Positions 32,401-41,614 are shown, counted from the first letter of the stretch. The stretch is DNA of 64,000 nucleotides from Marinicella sp. (GCA_965230295.1 OZ246001.1:2976001-3040000); one strand, 5' to 3'. Numbers and translations are program-made. Notes: generated from the letters alone by a model not told the origin.

Positions 32401-32650
32401 AGAAGGAATTATGGGAATAGCCAGGGGTTTTATTTATGCGGGTAGTGATGCTGTCCTAGCCACCTTGTGGCAGATCTCAGACCGTTCAACTCTGATATTT
32501 ATGGATAAATTTTATCAGGTTCTGAATGAAACACATGACAGTGCCTTGGCTTTAAAAGCCACGCAGCAAGCCGCCATTTCTGGTGAATTGGGGATGGATT
32601 TAAGAGACTTTAAGAGTTGGGCAGCATTTGTTCTGATTGGCAGTGATTAG
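29462..32650 (+). CDS. TPR-CHAT (caspase-like) protease with signal-peptide-like N-terminus
   Basis: TPR array, IVPDGQL, intact His (LHFATHG) and Cys (LVTLSACNSG), TLWQISD and WAAF; TAATG overlap with the upstream gene. Confidence 0.9.
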   Translation: MNTRAVILILFIFMNSGYGSTEFEWRTIAQSSINIQSGHTHLAHNMRLVPGVYVFTAHQNNLDIILTLEKPSSAMVSVNSFIERNMPEELFFEVKNNGHFSFYIGAYNQSNLSSDVSFSIKQSVSNQNLQKYTQALLLQTKGSLSDIRGDLFSLDKAFEYLSQANGIWELLDDREQMAKLNYMIGLVAYESFMWDASENFLKGAIRYYQRTNQQVYGSVANHLGAALLEKKAYSEALDYLNKAIELQRGNNYQYDLGVSLNNKGLYYLYQGKNNESGKLFMQAAQIFENNNVLYKQAMSIGNYAVTELYQGRYFNAIELTKQCLTLLDQDLPKIRAAYLTNLALAQEKIGDIQNALLSLNQAKELQEAHADTSGLVWTLTGMADLARKILQFDIAINYQNKAVELARVQNEHGSLIGGLLNLAQDHIQLSTLQKNPKLVDTAILIFDEAMSIAKSDVHKAKSHLGLARAKYANKDFIGAEKSIDMALSAINNLDNPDVALLASMYLEKVNILPDRELFKKIDLLNQAKLILKETGNNKLLFMTYFSLAKAYLQSVELEKANSNSIKSLELFLSHRDRVGNPWLRNNLSKWYHQLVEIRLLILEGLGDKGAVEESLALVDSLKAISLREQIAESKVNLFKNLNDDETDLWQETQENLMASLKKADDLKQQKANITDINSAYVDIHKARFELETARAQLSIENPILAEFIYPQGVNLSDYQRWLKHQNDQYQTTSVIINYFIGDEKSFAWVISAEGVVQWSLPSRKSLNEILSSFKDSMVSGSTTLTESLYKLSSLLLPEDLPVNGHVYIVPDGQLNTFPFSLLVVEEGEGKQFLVEQNQLIMAPSSSLLLRNEVTKNDRKGPNKNRLLLVSGNIPGYDLTYTDTEISRIADAWKGSTDILKQEQNALDEFISLELEQFDYLHFATHGKVDEVVSDANGLAFNNGMNSIEYLNLARIYQLKLSSKLVTLSACNSGQGIHVFGEGIMGIARGFIYAGSDAVLATLWQISDRSTLIFMDKFYQVLNETHDSALALKATQQAAISGELGMDLRDFKSWAAFVLIGSD

Positions 32651-32827
32651 TTATTTTTACATTTTAATTTCTATTTTGTGGTGAGAGGTAATTCGATTAA
32701 ATGCCACTATAAAAAAACTGCACATGTCATTGAGGTTAATTTTACTTGATTTAGTAAGTTATTGAGTTAATTGGTTAAATAACATGAATAAACTAACTTA
32801 AACCTTTAAAAATTTTTGGGAGGAATT

Positions 32828-33421
32828 ATGAATAAGAAGTTCGTTGTCAGAGGCGCTGTTTCCATTGCTTCGATTGGATTGGCCGGTGCCATATATTATT
32901 TTTTAATAATACCACCTCCACGTTGCTCTATAGACGGCAATTATAGTGAAGTTAATCCTGGTGATGCTGAAGTGACATGTGTTTGTAACCCAACTCAAAT
33001 GAGCCCTCATATAATTAGTACAGATAAATTCAAATTAACTCTGAAACAAGACTCAACGGGTTCTGAATTAATACCTTCTACAGATATGATAGATAACAGG
33101 AAATGGCCAGCATCTGTTGTATTAAACTACAAAGGTGAGTCAAATGATGGCCAGGCCTACAAGGAGATACAAAGAGGGCAATATCTTAATTGTGGCACAA
33201 CGCCTCCAGTTGATGCGATATTGTGGGAAAGTGGTCCTTTAGAATTGGTAGAAGAAGATGATTGTGAAGAGCATTACGTTACTGTTTATAGAATGAGGAA
33301 AGATAATAGACCCCCACCTCGCGACAGTTCAGGAGGTCAAAAAAATGATTTGGCGATTATAAGTTTGAGTTGTTTCACTGGTGGACATAGCCATGGAGGT
33401 GTGGCGCATGCGGAACATTAA
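32828..33421 (+). CDS. Cys-rich membrane-anchored hypothetical protein
   Basis: RBS GGAGG before ATG 32828, N-terminal TM helix, six Cys. Confidence 0.7.
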   Translation: MNKKFVVRGAVSIASIGLAGAIYYFLIIPPPRCSIDGNYSEVNPGDAEVTCVCNPTQMSPHIISTDKFKLTLKQDSTGSELIPSTDMIDNRKWPASVVLNYKGESNDGQAYKEIQRGQYLNCGTTPPVDAILWESGPLELVEEDDCEEHYVTVYRMRKDNRPPPRDSSGGQKNDLAIISLSCFTGGHSHGGVAHAEH

Positions 33422-35168
33422 AATACCGCATAAACTCCAGACATTAGTAACATTGGCGTTTTTATTGCTTTTACAAAGCTGTTCAAAAAAAAAAGAACAG
33501 GTGATTGTTGACTATTCAGAGTGCTATAAAGAACAATCTTGTGACTATTATTTTGATAAGTTGCTGAATTCAAATTATTTTATTGATGCTATTCCCAAAC
33601 AGCACATAATGTTGATGACAGATTACCCATATGAACTGTTAGACGGTTTAAATCAAAACAGTCATTTTGAAATGGCTTCAAGCAATCAGCCAAAGCTGTT
33701 TTTTAACTTCAATGCAGTAGAAGTTTATAAAGATGAAAAAGATTTTCAAATTGACGACCCTGTAGAGAATAATATGCAACCATGTTTGAGAAATGACATG
33801 TATTATGGATGTGATGAGAAGTGGGGTCTTGAATTTATTCATGCGCTTGAAGTGATGAATTATGTAATTCCTAAGAAGGCAAGCAAGCCACTTTTGGCAG
33901 TATTGGATTCAGGTGTGGATATACAGCATCCTTATTTAAGAGGTCAGCTATATCAAAATACTATTGATGTGGTTGGGGGATATAAGGATGATGAGTCACC
34001 AGGGCAGTATGAAGTAGATGATGACAATGATGGTTACCAAGATTTTCAAGATCCGGAAATAAAGAGTTTGATCCGTTATCTTGAAGTCAATAAAGGCTTT
34101 AGTCACTCAAAGGCAAGATCAGTGGCTATTTATGATGATGATGAAAATGGCTATCCAGATGATTATTTAGGGTGGGATTTTAAGGATAATGACAACCTCC
34201 CTTTCCCACTCGAAAATAATGATCATGGCATGGAAATGGCAGGTATTATCTCAGCAAAAAATGAAACTGAAAATGGAGAATTGAACTCCCCTATAGGATT
34301 AGCTGCAGAGCAAAAGTTACTTCCAATAAGGTTAACTTCAGAGCCACATGGGTATCCATCTGTTTGGAGTTTTTTAAAAGCCGTCGATTATGGCCTTCAA
34401 CATGGTGTCAAAATATTTAATTATTCTGGAGATTTTAGATTAGCCTGCCGAGGTACAGCTTGTGTTGAAAAGTTAGAAATTTCACAACGTCAATTTTGTT
34501 ATCATTTAATTCATTTGCTAATGAAGAATGAAGCAGTCTTAGTAGCAGCTAACCCTGAGAATAGCAGATTAGGTGATGAAATTGACACTGATTCATTGGA
34601 TGAAGTTAATAACAAAACTGAATGGAGATTGCTGCCATCTGCATGTAATCGTTTTGATATTATAATTGATCATGTCAAAGTCAATGTCAATGATCACATG
34701 ATTTTGGTCAGTGGTATAAAAAGACCATCAAGGATTTCAATGGGTGAGGATTTTTCATTTAAGCCAATACCAGGTTTAAAAAGTAATAAATCAATTCATA
34801 TTGCAGCGCCTGGTGAAACTATTTTATCTATATCGACAAAGACCCGCATTCATCCACATTTAGAAAAGTGGTCATATAAATCAAGTGCAGCTACAGCAAT
34901 TATGACTGGCAGTATAGCCTTATTAATGTCTACTGAGAAGTTTGAGAAATGTACCGCTCCTCAAGTTGCCAAGGTTATTTTAGATAATGCAACTATTTGT
35001 TCTTGTTTTGTGGATTTCTGGGAAAATGGCAGGGTACTTAATTTGCTGAATGCTTATGAAATACCAGCTGATAATGAACCATGTGAGGCTGTTCTAAAGA
35101 CGGCAAATGTGAAACCGGGCATATGCCCTTTCCCAAATGACAGGAAATGTGTCTTTAATCAACAATAG
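33408..35168 (+). CDS. S8 subtilase-family lipoprotein with degenerate motifs
   Basis: Lipobox LLQSC; VLDSGVD, DDDENGYPDDYLGWDF, HGMEMAGII, IAAPG and KSSAAT (vs GTSMAT). Confidence 0.82.
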   Translation: MRNIKIPHKLQTLVTLAFLLLLQSCSKKKEQVIVDYSECYKEQSCDYYFDKLLNSNYFIDAIPKQHIMLMTDYPYELLDGLNQNSHFEMASSNQPKLFFNFNAVEVYKDEKDFQIDDPVENNMQPCLRNDMYYGCDEKWGLEFIHALEVMNYVIPKKASKPLLAVLDSGVDIQHPYLRGQLYQNTIDVVGGYKDDESPGQYEVDDDNDGYQDFQDPEIKSLIRYLEVNKGFSHSKARSVAIYDDDENGYPDDYLGWDFKDNDNLPFPLENNDHGMEMAGIISAKNETENGELNSPIGLAAEQKLLPIRLTSEPHGYPSVWSFLKAVDYGLQHGVKIFNYSGDFRLACRGTACVEKLEISQRQFCYHLIHLLMKNEAVLVAANPENSRLGDEIDTDSLDEVNNKTEWRLLPSACNRFDIIIDHVKVNVNDHMILVSGIKRPSRISMGEDFSFKPIPGLKSNKSIHIAAPGETILSISTKTRIHPHLEKWSYKSSAATAIMTGSIALLMSTEKFEKCTAPQVAKVILDNATICSCFVDFWENGRVLNLLNAYEIPADNEPCEAVLKTANVKPGICPFPNDRKCVFNQQ

Positions 35169-35733
35169 GGGTTGAAGTAACATTTAAATTAAAAGAGGAC
35201 AGCTGATGGTTTAGATTGAATCATCTAGCCTATTTGCTGACAACTACCTTTAATTTTTAAATGGTTCCAATTACAGTTCTTCAGATGAAGGTGGTGATAT
35301 TGGTTAACTCGCCAAGACAAGAATAATGGGTGTGCCTACCATTCGAAGTTGCTTATCACCACCTAAGCACAGACATCAAGATAAAACAACTTAGTGAGAT
35401 AATTTTAGAATCCTAATATCACTTTTCACGGTGTACAACTATTTTCATGTACTATTTTTAGAAAAAACCAGTAGGTAACATGGGATTATAGGTTTTTTGT
35501 TTACATTTACAAAATGATATCAAGAAGGGAGGTAAATAATAATGCTGGGTTGTTATCTAAGCAGAAGATAAGTAAAACCTAGTCCTTTTCATGATTCTAT
35601 TTTTGGAAATAGGTCACTTGTATTAGGCCCTGTCATAATCAGTAAAAAGTAAGGTATAAATCAGTAATAGAACAGTTAAAAAAATCCAATTATTGATTTA
35701 ATTGATCCTATTGTTTTATATATAGATTATCTG

Positions 35734-37065
35734 ATGAAAAAGTTAAAAATACTGGTTGATGGGTTCAACTTACAATTATCAAAAGGTACCGGAATCAAGA
35801 CTTATGGTTCTACATTATTGGATGCATATCAAAAAATGGGTTGTGAAATTGGCATACTTACTGACAAGGTAATCCCAAAAAGCAGAAAGGTTGTTCTTGA
35901 TGAAATCAATTTTTTTGACAATCAACCGATTCGAAAGAACAAAATTCAAATATTTAATGAATTTATTAATAGCGCCAGAAATATTGCGGGTATAGGGACA
36001 AGTCTTTATATCAAGCCCCAGTTTACAGAAATCAATAAAAAAAACTACTTATCGAAAAAAAGAGGTAAGTACAATCATATTGAAAACATCCCCAACATCT
36101 TCAGTGATGCCTATAAAGCATTCAAAATCTTTGGCACCTTTCCTAATATTAATGCATCAGAACAACCAGATGTTCTTCATCTTACAGCGCCTTGGCCAAT
36201 TAGGATGTCAAAAGCAAAAACTGTACTGACCATACATGATTTGATTCCTTTAAAACTCCCATTTACAACTTTAGATGATAAGTCCTATTTTTATAATTTA
36301 GTAAAAAAGTCTATCAACAATGCTGACGTAATTTTATCAGTTTCAAATTTTACCAAGAATTGCATTATAGATACTTTTGATGTTGATGATGAAAAAATAC
36401 ATGTAACATATCAAAGTATCGACACGAGCAGTTCTTTTAAAAAGTCCAAAAAATCAATGAAAAAATTTCTTAAATCAGTACAGCTGGAGCAGGAAAATTA
36501 TGTATTGTTTGTCGGCAATATTGAACCCAAAAAGAACCTGCCAACTCTAGTTAAAGCATTTTCTACTCTAAAACTAAAGTCTAAAGGCATGAAACTTGCG
36601 ATTGTTGGCTCAAAAGCTTGGATGTCTGAAGGTGAATTAGCAGTCTTGACTAAGTACCTCAAACCTGATCAGTATGAAATATTAGAATATGTTTCTGAAT
36701 CTAATCTGATTACTTTGTATAAACATGCGAGTTGCCTAGTCTTCCCATCAATTTATGAAGGATTTGGATTGCCTGTCTTAGAAGCCATGTACTATAAATG
36801 CCCAGTGATTTGTTCTAATGCTTCTTCAATTCCGGAAGTTGCTGGGGGAGCTGCTCTATATTTTTCCCCTTTAAATGAGCAGGATTTGAGGAAGAAAATG
36901 CAAGACCTAATTAATAATCCTTATAAGAGGTATGAGTTGATTCAAAAAGGGATCAATCAAGCTGAAAAATTCAGTCCTAGTAATTATGCAGAAAGATTAA
37001 TGACTGCATACGGAAGCTTGCATTTTTCTAATGCATCATTGTCAAGAAAGTATTTTTTGTGGTAG
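35734..37065 (+). CDS. GT4 (Glycos_transf_1) glycosyltransferase
   Basis: TIHDLIP, FVGNIEPKKN and FPSIYEGFGLPVLEAM motifs. Confidence 0.92.
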   Translation: MKKLKILVDGFNLQLSKGTGIKTYGSTLLDAYQKMGCEIGILTDKVIPKSRKVVLDEINFFDNQPIRKNKIQIFNEFINSARNIAGIGTSLYIKPQFTEINKKNYLSKKRGKYNHIENIPNIFSDAYKAFKIFGTFPNINASEQPDVLHLTAPWPIRMSKAKTVLTIHDLIPLKLPFTTLDDKSYFYNLVKKSINNADVILSVSNFTKNCIIDTFDVDDEKIHVTYQSIDTSSSFKKSKKSMKKFLKSVQLEQENYVLFVGNIEPKKNLPTLVKAFSTLKLKSKGMKLAIVGSKAWMSEGELAVLTKYLKPDQYEILEYVSESNLITLYKHASCLVFPSIYEGFGLPVLEAMYYKCPVICSNASSIPEVAGGAALYFSPLNEQDLRKKMQDLINNPYKRYELIQKGINQAEKFSPSNYAERLMTAYGSLHFSNASLSRKYFLW

Positions 37066-37738
37066 GGAGAGGTCAGTGCAATGAACCCAATAGATGTGTT
37101 TGAATTTTAAGTTTATAGCTTGTTTTTATCAATAAAATTAATATGTTATCAGATTTTGATTAAATCTAAAGTACTTCAGACTAACGGCTTCTTCCTAAAA
37201 AGTACATTGAAACAACCTATAGCATAATTATTAATTTTCTTTAATTAATGTTGAATATGAATATCAACAGTTATTCGTTAGCATGAAATAGAATTAATAC
37301 ATGCTTTCTAAAAAATAATTAGCTAGACGATATTTGCAACTAGATTTAATGGTTACTTTTTAATTCAAATTTCGTTAAATATTCTCTTTCATTACCCTTT
37401 TTAGTAGTTCATTTTCCCGCTTGAACACAAACCATAAATTGAAACCTCTTAATTTTGAAAAACTGATGGTCAGTTAGATCAGCCGCACTGGGTTGGCGGA
37501 GCTATGCTGAGTCAGAGAGTTTATGCCCAAGGTGGTGAGTCATGTTGACAGTGATCGTATTCTATTCATTATTGTCTGGAACAAAAATGAATGAAGATCC
37601 AAGAATATTCCTTTAATATAATGTCTCAGCTTAAATTTCTAAATATGTTCTGCGATGATTAATATATTCAATATAATATACCTATTAAATGGTTAAATTA
37701 TCAGTAGAATATAAACTTATTTAAATATATTTTATTAT

Positions 37739-37850
37739 AAAAAAGCAGACCACAACTGTTTAGAAAGGGGGAAAAACATGTGTTGTGATCTGCTTAAATG
37801 GGCTTAACATTGATTCGAGGTGAGTTTAAATTAATGTAAGCTCGATTCAA
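37739..37850 (-). ncRNA. Candidate small RNA (two stem-loops plus U-tract)
   Basis: Hairpins at 37802-37841 and 37743-37795, a U-run at the minus-strand 3' end, and four phased boxes upstream at 37876-37913. Confidence 0.4.
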
Positions 37851-37875
37851 TTATTGAATTTATTGGAAATTTTAA

Positions 37876-37913
37876 CCTGATCTTTGACTGATTTTTACTT
37901 AATTAAAACCTGA
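37876..37913 (-). promoter_or_regulatory. Four 11-bp-phased TCAGG-like boxes
   Basis: Plus-strand CCTGA 37876, ACTGA 37887, CTTAA 37898, CCTGA 37909. Confidence 0.55.
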
Positions 37914-37929
37914 CTAGATATACGACTGA

Positions 37930-37959
37930 AAAAAGCTTGTTGCTAAGAACAAGCTTTTT
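37930..37959 (-). terminator. Intrinsic terminator of the 37989-39761 gene
   Basis: AAAAAGCTTGTT-gctaag-AACAAGCTTTTT. Confidence 0.75.
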
Positions 37960-37988
37960 CTTGGTTGATATGTGACAGAATTAACATA

Positions 37989-39761
37989 TTAAAATGATAA
38001 ACAGTCAAAGCCACTCTGTGAAATGAAGGGGTATTTTTCATCCTCATCAAATGAATTGTTATCTTGTGGATTTATGTCATTTATGCCACTTAATAATTCA
38101 ACAGCACCTTCAATTCTAATGAGCTCATTCAAAGGAGCATCGACGATTGCATTAATTTTGTATCTAAATGCAGCCCCTACAGGCAGATCTACTATTTCAT
38201 CAATATTACCTGTACCTGAATCAAAAGGGCAAACTGAACCACCATATGAATCACAAGTCCAAGAAAGATCTAAATATTCATTAAATGATTCGTATTCGCC
38301 TGGAAAAGAAGTCACTCGGACATTGCTGACATCCATATTACCAACATTAGTGACATCCAGGAAATATGTGGTTTCTTCATTCACACCATTCTGACAATTA
38401 GAAATGGTGACTTTGAGGTCAGGTAACTCGTCATCAAAATTCACGGCATTGATCTGTGGAATGACCAAAGGAAAGTTCTGATCAAGCGTATCGAGCGAAA
38501 ATCCTATTGTATATTCTTGATCTCCATCAGTATCCTCATCATCTTGGCCTTGAACACTGACCTCAATCGGTTGATTCCAGTTAGACTGGTCTAAGACAAT
38601 ATTTTGTTGAACCACTGTGCCTTCAGACATATCAGTTGAAAAAATTGCGATGTTGACATCATAAGCAGGTGCTTGCGTTAAACGGATAGTAAATTCATCC
38701 TCACCGCCCATTTCTGTTGTGTACAGTTCAGATCCATCATAAGTAATAATAAAATCATAAATTGCTAAATCATCCACCTGAAAATCAACTGGAACAGTAT
38801 TGGATTGATTTTGACCTGAATCTTCAGAATAAGCAAAAGCTCTGGCCGGCCCATTTGCGTATTCAATTTGAGACCTACATTCCCAAGAACCATCTGATTG
38901 AACAATTGTTCGGCAAATATCCTCACCAAGTTCACCAGTAACATACAAAGTATCATTTGGAGTTGCTGTGCCTATAAACTTTGGAAGTTTGGTATTAACT
39001 GTTCCATTAGCAGCAGGCCAGATAAACACAGGGTCAACTGTTGGGTAATAGTCTACATCGAATCTGGTCACAACAACATCAGATCGATTATCAGCAACAT
39101 CAAATGCATATGTAGAAAGTGTATGAGCGCCTTCGCCAAAGCCAGCAGGAAAATTACAGCTCCATAATCCATCTGTTCCAACTGTATTACTTAAACAATG
39201 ACGACCTCCGGAGTACATGAAAACTTGGCTTCCTTCGTCACCAGTCCCACTACCTGCTGAAAAGATTTGGTTGTAAAGAAATCCTTCAATTGGTGCCACA
39301 ATGTTTGGAGCCGCAGGTGCCACTGTATCTATAGTAACTTGAAGGGCCTCTGAATGATCAGACTCAACACCACCCACAGCAATTGGAGTTTCAGTATAAG
39401 TGATCATATAAGTGCCGTCTAATAATGGATCTGTTGGATGTATGCTAAATATTGGCGATCCAGAACAAGAACTATCCCCAATCAGAGTATTGGATGCTGG
39501 GGAATCAGAATACAAGTTAACTCGATTACCCACAGTGCATTCAACCCTAAAAGTAGGTTGATTGTGGTTGGTAATGCCATCTCCATTTACACCTGAGTCT
39601 TGCATTAAAATAGGTGGTGGATTCTGAGTCATTTGTTTTAAGCAACTTGAATCTTTTTCACATTGACCAGGTGTTGCAGAAGAACTGAGAGCCCAATGAT
39701 CAGACCACACGGGCCCGCTAATTAAAATCAAAAATAAAAATATACATTTATACATAGTCAC
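37989..39761 (-). CDS. Exported Ig-like (Big) / Calx-beta-like / DUF11 multidomain protein with variant IFxxGF tail
   Basis: Signal peptide (..GPVWS), 'DSGVNGDGITNHNQPTF', 'TIDTVAPAAP', 'DLKVTI...VTNVGN...DINPQDN'; ends PFISQSGFDCLSF. Confidence 0.8.
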   Translation of the reverse strand: MTMYKCIFLFLILISGPVWSDHWALSSSATPGQCEKDSSCLKQMTQNPPPILMQDSGVNGDGITNHNQPTFRVECTVGNRVNLYSDSPASNTLIGDSSCSGSPIFSIHPTDPLLDGTYMITYTETPIAVGGVESDHSEALQVTIDTVAPAAPNIVAPIEGFLYNQIFSAGSGTGDEGSQVFMYSGGRHCLSNTVGTDGLWSCNFPAGFGEGAHTLSTYAFDVADNRSDVVVTRFDVDYYPTVDPVFIWPAANGTVNTKLPKFIGTATPNDTLYVTGELGEDICRTIVQSDGSWECRSQIEYANGPARAFAYSEDSGQNQSNTVPVDFQVDDLAIYDFIITYDGSELYTTEMGGEDEFTIRLTQAPAYDVNIAIFSTDMSEGTVVQQNIVLDQSNWNQPIEVSVQGQDDEDTDGDQEYTIGFSLDTLDQNFPLVIPQINAVNFDDELPDLKVTISNCQNGVNEETTYFLDVTNVGNMDVSNVRVTSFPGEYESFNEYLDLSWTCDSYGGSVCPFDSGTGNIDEIVDLPVGAAFRYKINAIVDAPLNELIRIEGAVELLSGINDINPQDNNSFDEDEKYPFISQSGFDCLSF

Positions 39762-39817
39762 ACTCCATACACACGTTAATTAAGAGTCTCTATGTTAGGC
39801 CTAAACCAAAAGAAAAA

Positions 39818-39844
39818 CTTGACTATAGCCTGATCAATGTCTGA
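39818..39844 (-). promoter_or_regulatory. Three 11-bp-phased TCAGG-like boxes
   Basis: CTTGA 39818, CCTGA 39829, TCTGA 39840, upstream of the minus-strand start at 39761. Confidence 0.55.
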
Positions 39845-39980
39845 TTTCTGAAACTAAAAATAACATAAAAAGAGAGTTGCTATTCATCCATGTGGTTGTG
39901 ATTAAATGAATAATTTATTTATATTTCATGATTGTGAAATTCGCCGATTATGCTCGTTGAGACGTTTGGAACATAAGTGG

Positions 39981-40012
39981 GGATGGTTTGAAGTCTAAAT
40001 TTCAAACCATCC
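39981..40012 (-). terminator. Hairpin downstream of the 40023-41522 gene
   Basis: GGATGGTTTGAA-gtctaaat-TTCAAACCATCC; no clear U-tract. Confidence 0.55.
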
Positions 40013-40022
40013 ATGTTAATAA

Positions 40023-41522
40023 TTAGAAAGATCCATCCTCAAAAATTACATCATGCCCATGTATGATATATGCGCCTCCTGAGTTAGTACCATTAGTATT
40101 CATAGCACTGGCTCCAATAATATAGTCATTAAAGCCATCGCCATTGAAGTCATTAATCCCACTGACTGACTCACCGCCTGAATACCCCTGTTCAGCCCCC
40201 TCGATTTTCATCACATCACTCGTCCCCAGCTGGGCAACATGCATAGTGGCATCATAGGTTTGTTTGCCATAAATCAGATATGTTGTTGTTGTGCCATCGG
40301 CATTGATCAAAATATCATTGATGCGATCACCATTGACATCACCGACCCCGCTGACCGATCTGCCAAAATCGTTTCTTGTAGCAGCTCCATGAATCGAGAA
40401 ACCATTGGTGCCATCCAAACCTGACAAATAAAATTCACCAGAGGAATACTGGCTGTTGCCAAAAATCACATAGGCAGATCCGGAATGTTCTCCATTAACA
40501 TCTGCACTGGGAGCTCCAATAACAAAATCATCAATGTCATCGCCGTTGATGTCTCCCAGACCATTCAGTGAAAACCCTGAAATATCATATGCAGCCACAC
40601 CAAACAACTTCAATCCATTGGTACCATCCAGAGTGGCAAGATTAAACTGATCACCAAAACCATTTTCATTTCCGAATACAACAAAGGTGACGCCTGTATT
40701 CAGGGCACCGCCGTCTCCACCGGGAGCTCCAATTAACACATCATCAAGACCGTCATTATTGACATCACCTGCTGATGCAACCACGCCGCCCATTCCACCT
40801 GATTCGAAAAACCTTGAATTGTAGATTCTGAACCCGTTACTTCCATCCAGTGAAGAGACGTTAAATGATGCAGGAAAAGCATTCGCATTTGAACTGCCAT
40901 AAACAACGTAACAGCTATCTGCCCCCGGGGCACAAGTAATAAGATCATCAACCCCATCTTCATTGATATCACCAGCATTTGAAACTGAAGTACCAAAAAA
41001 GCCGTCCTTGGTTTCACTTAACAACTCGAATCCGTTGGTGCCATCCAGGTCTGAAATTTGAAGCAATGGATTGGACTGGGCGCCTCCAAAAACAACATAT
41101 ACGGCCCCTGAATCCCTGTCATGACTTTCGTCATTATTTGCACCAATCACGATGTCGTCATAACCGTCTGCGTTTAGATCACCTGCACTGGAAATTGAAA
41201 AACCAAAAGCCGTATATCCTGGGTTGTCTTTAATCGTAAAGCCATTTTGACCATCCAGATCTGACAATTCAAGTACACCCGAGTTTGGAATGGTCGTTCC
41301 GAAGATGACATGAACCTCGTCTTTGCCGTAAGAGCCAATGAGGAGGTCATCCAATCCGTCACCATTAAAGTCGCCTGCATGACTGACACTCATCCCTGTT
41401 TTGTAACCGTTTGATATTCCTTCTACTTTAAACCCATTAACACCATTAATTGACGAGAGGTCTAAATCAGCCCATGCAACAGGGATAAATGTCAACAAAA
41501 AGAAATTAATTAAAACACGCAC
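40023..41522 (-). CDS. Exported seven-bladed FG-GAP (integrin-alpha-like) beta-propeller protein
   Basis: Signal peptide (..PVAWA), seven GDxNxDGxDDxxIG Ca-binding repeats; ends HDVIFEDGSF. Confidence 0.88.
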   Translation of the reverse strand: MRVLINFFLLTFIPVAWADLDLSSINGVNGFKVEGISNGYKTGMSVSHAGDFNGDGLDDLLIGSYGKDEVHVIFGTTIPNSGVLELSDLDGQNGFTIKDNPGYTAFGFSISSAGDLNADGYDDIVIGANNDESHDRDSGAVYVVFGGAQSNPLLQISDLDGTNGFELLSETKDGFFGTSVSNAGDINEDGVDDLITCAPGADSCYVVYGSSNANAFPASFNVSSLDGSNGFRIYNSRFFESGGMGGVVASAGDVNNDGLDDVLIGAPGGDGGALNTGVTFVVFGNENGFGDQFNLATLDGTNGLKLFGVAAYDISGFSLNGLGDINGDDIDDFVIGAPSADVNGEHSGSAYVIFGNSQYSSGEFYLSGLDGTNGFSIHGAATRNDFGRSVSGVGDVNGDRINDILINADGTTTTYLIYGKQTYDATMHVAQLGTSDVMKIEGAEQGYSGGESVSGINDFNGDGFNDYIIGASAMNTNGTNSGGAYIIHGHDVIFEDGSF

Positions 41523-41576
41523 ATTTTTTCTCCAAATTAATTAGTGAAAAATATATTCTATGCAGTGTTATATTGT

Positions 41577-41614
41577 CCTGAGCAATTTCTGAGTTTTCAC
41601 TTGTTTTTTCCTTA
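41577..41614 (-). promoter_or_regulatory. 11-bp-phased TCAGG-like boxes
   Basis: CCTGA 41577, TCTGA 41588, CCTTA 41610. Confidence 0.5.

Noticed and set aside
28093-32650. Type III-E CRISPR (Craspase) locus
   Set aside because: No Cas7-11, array, or recognisable Csx30/Csx31 in the window; only a mechanistic analogy is kept.
37440-37560. GC-richer intergenic patch (a similar one lies at ~54900-55040)
   Set aside because: No ORF, repeat or convincing structure could be assigned; possibly gene debris.
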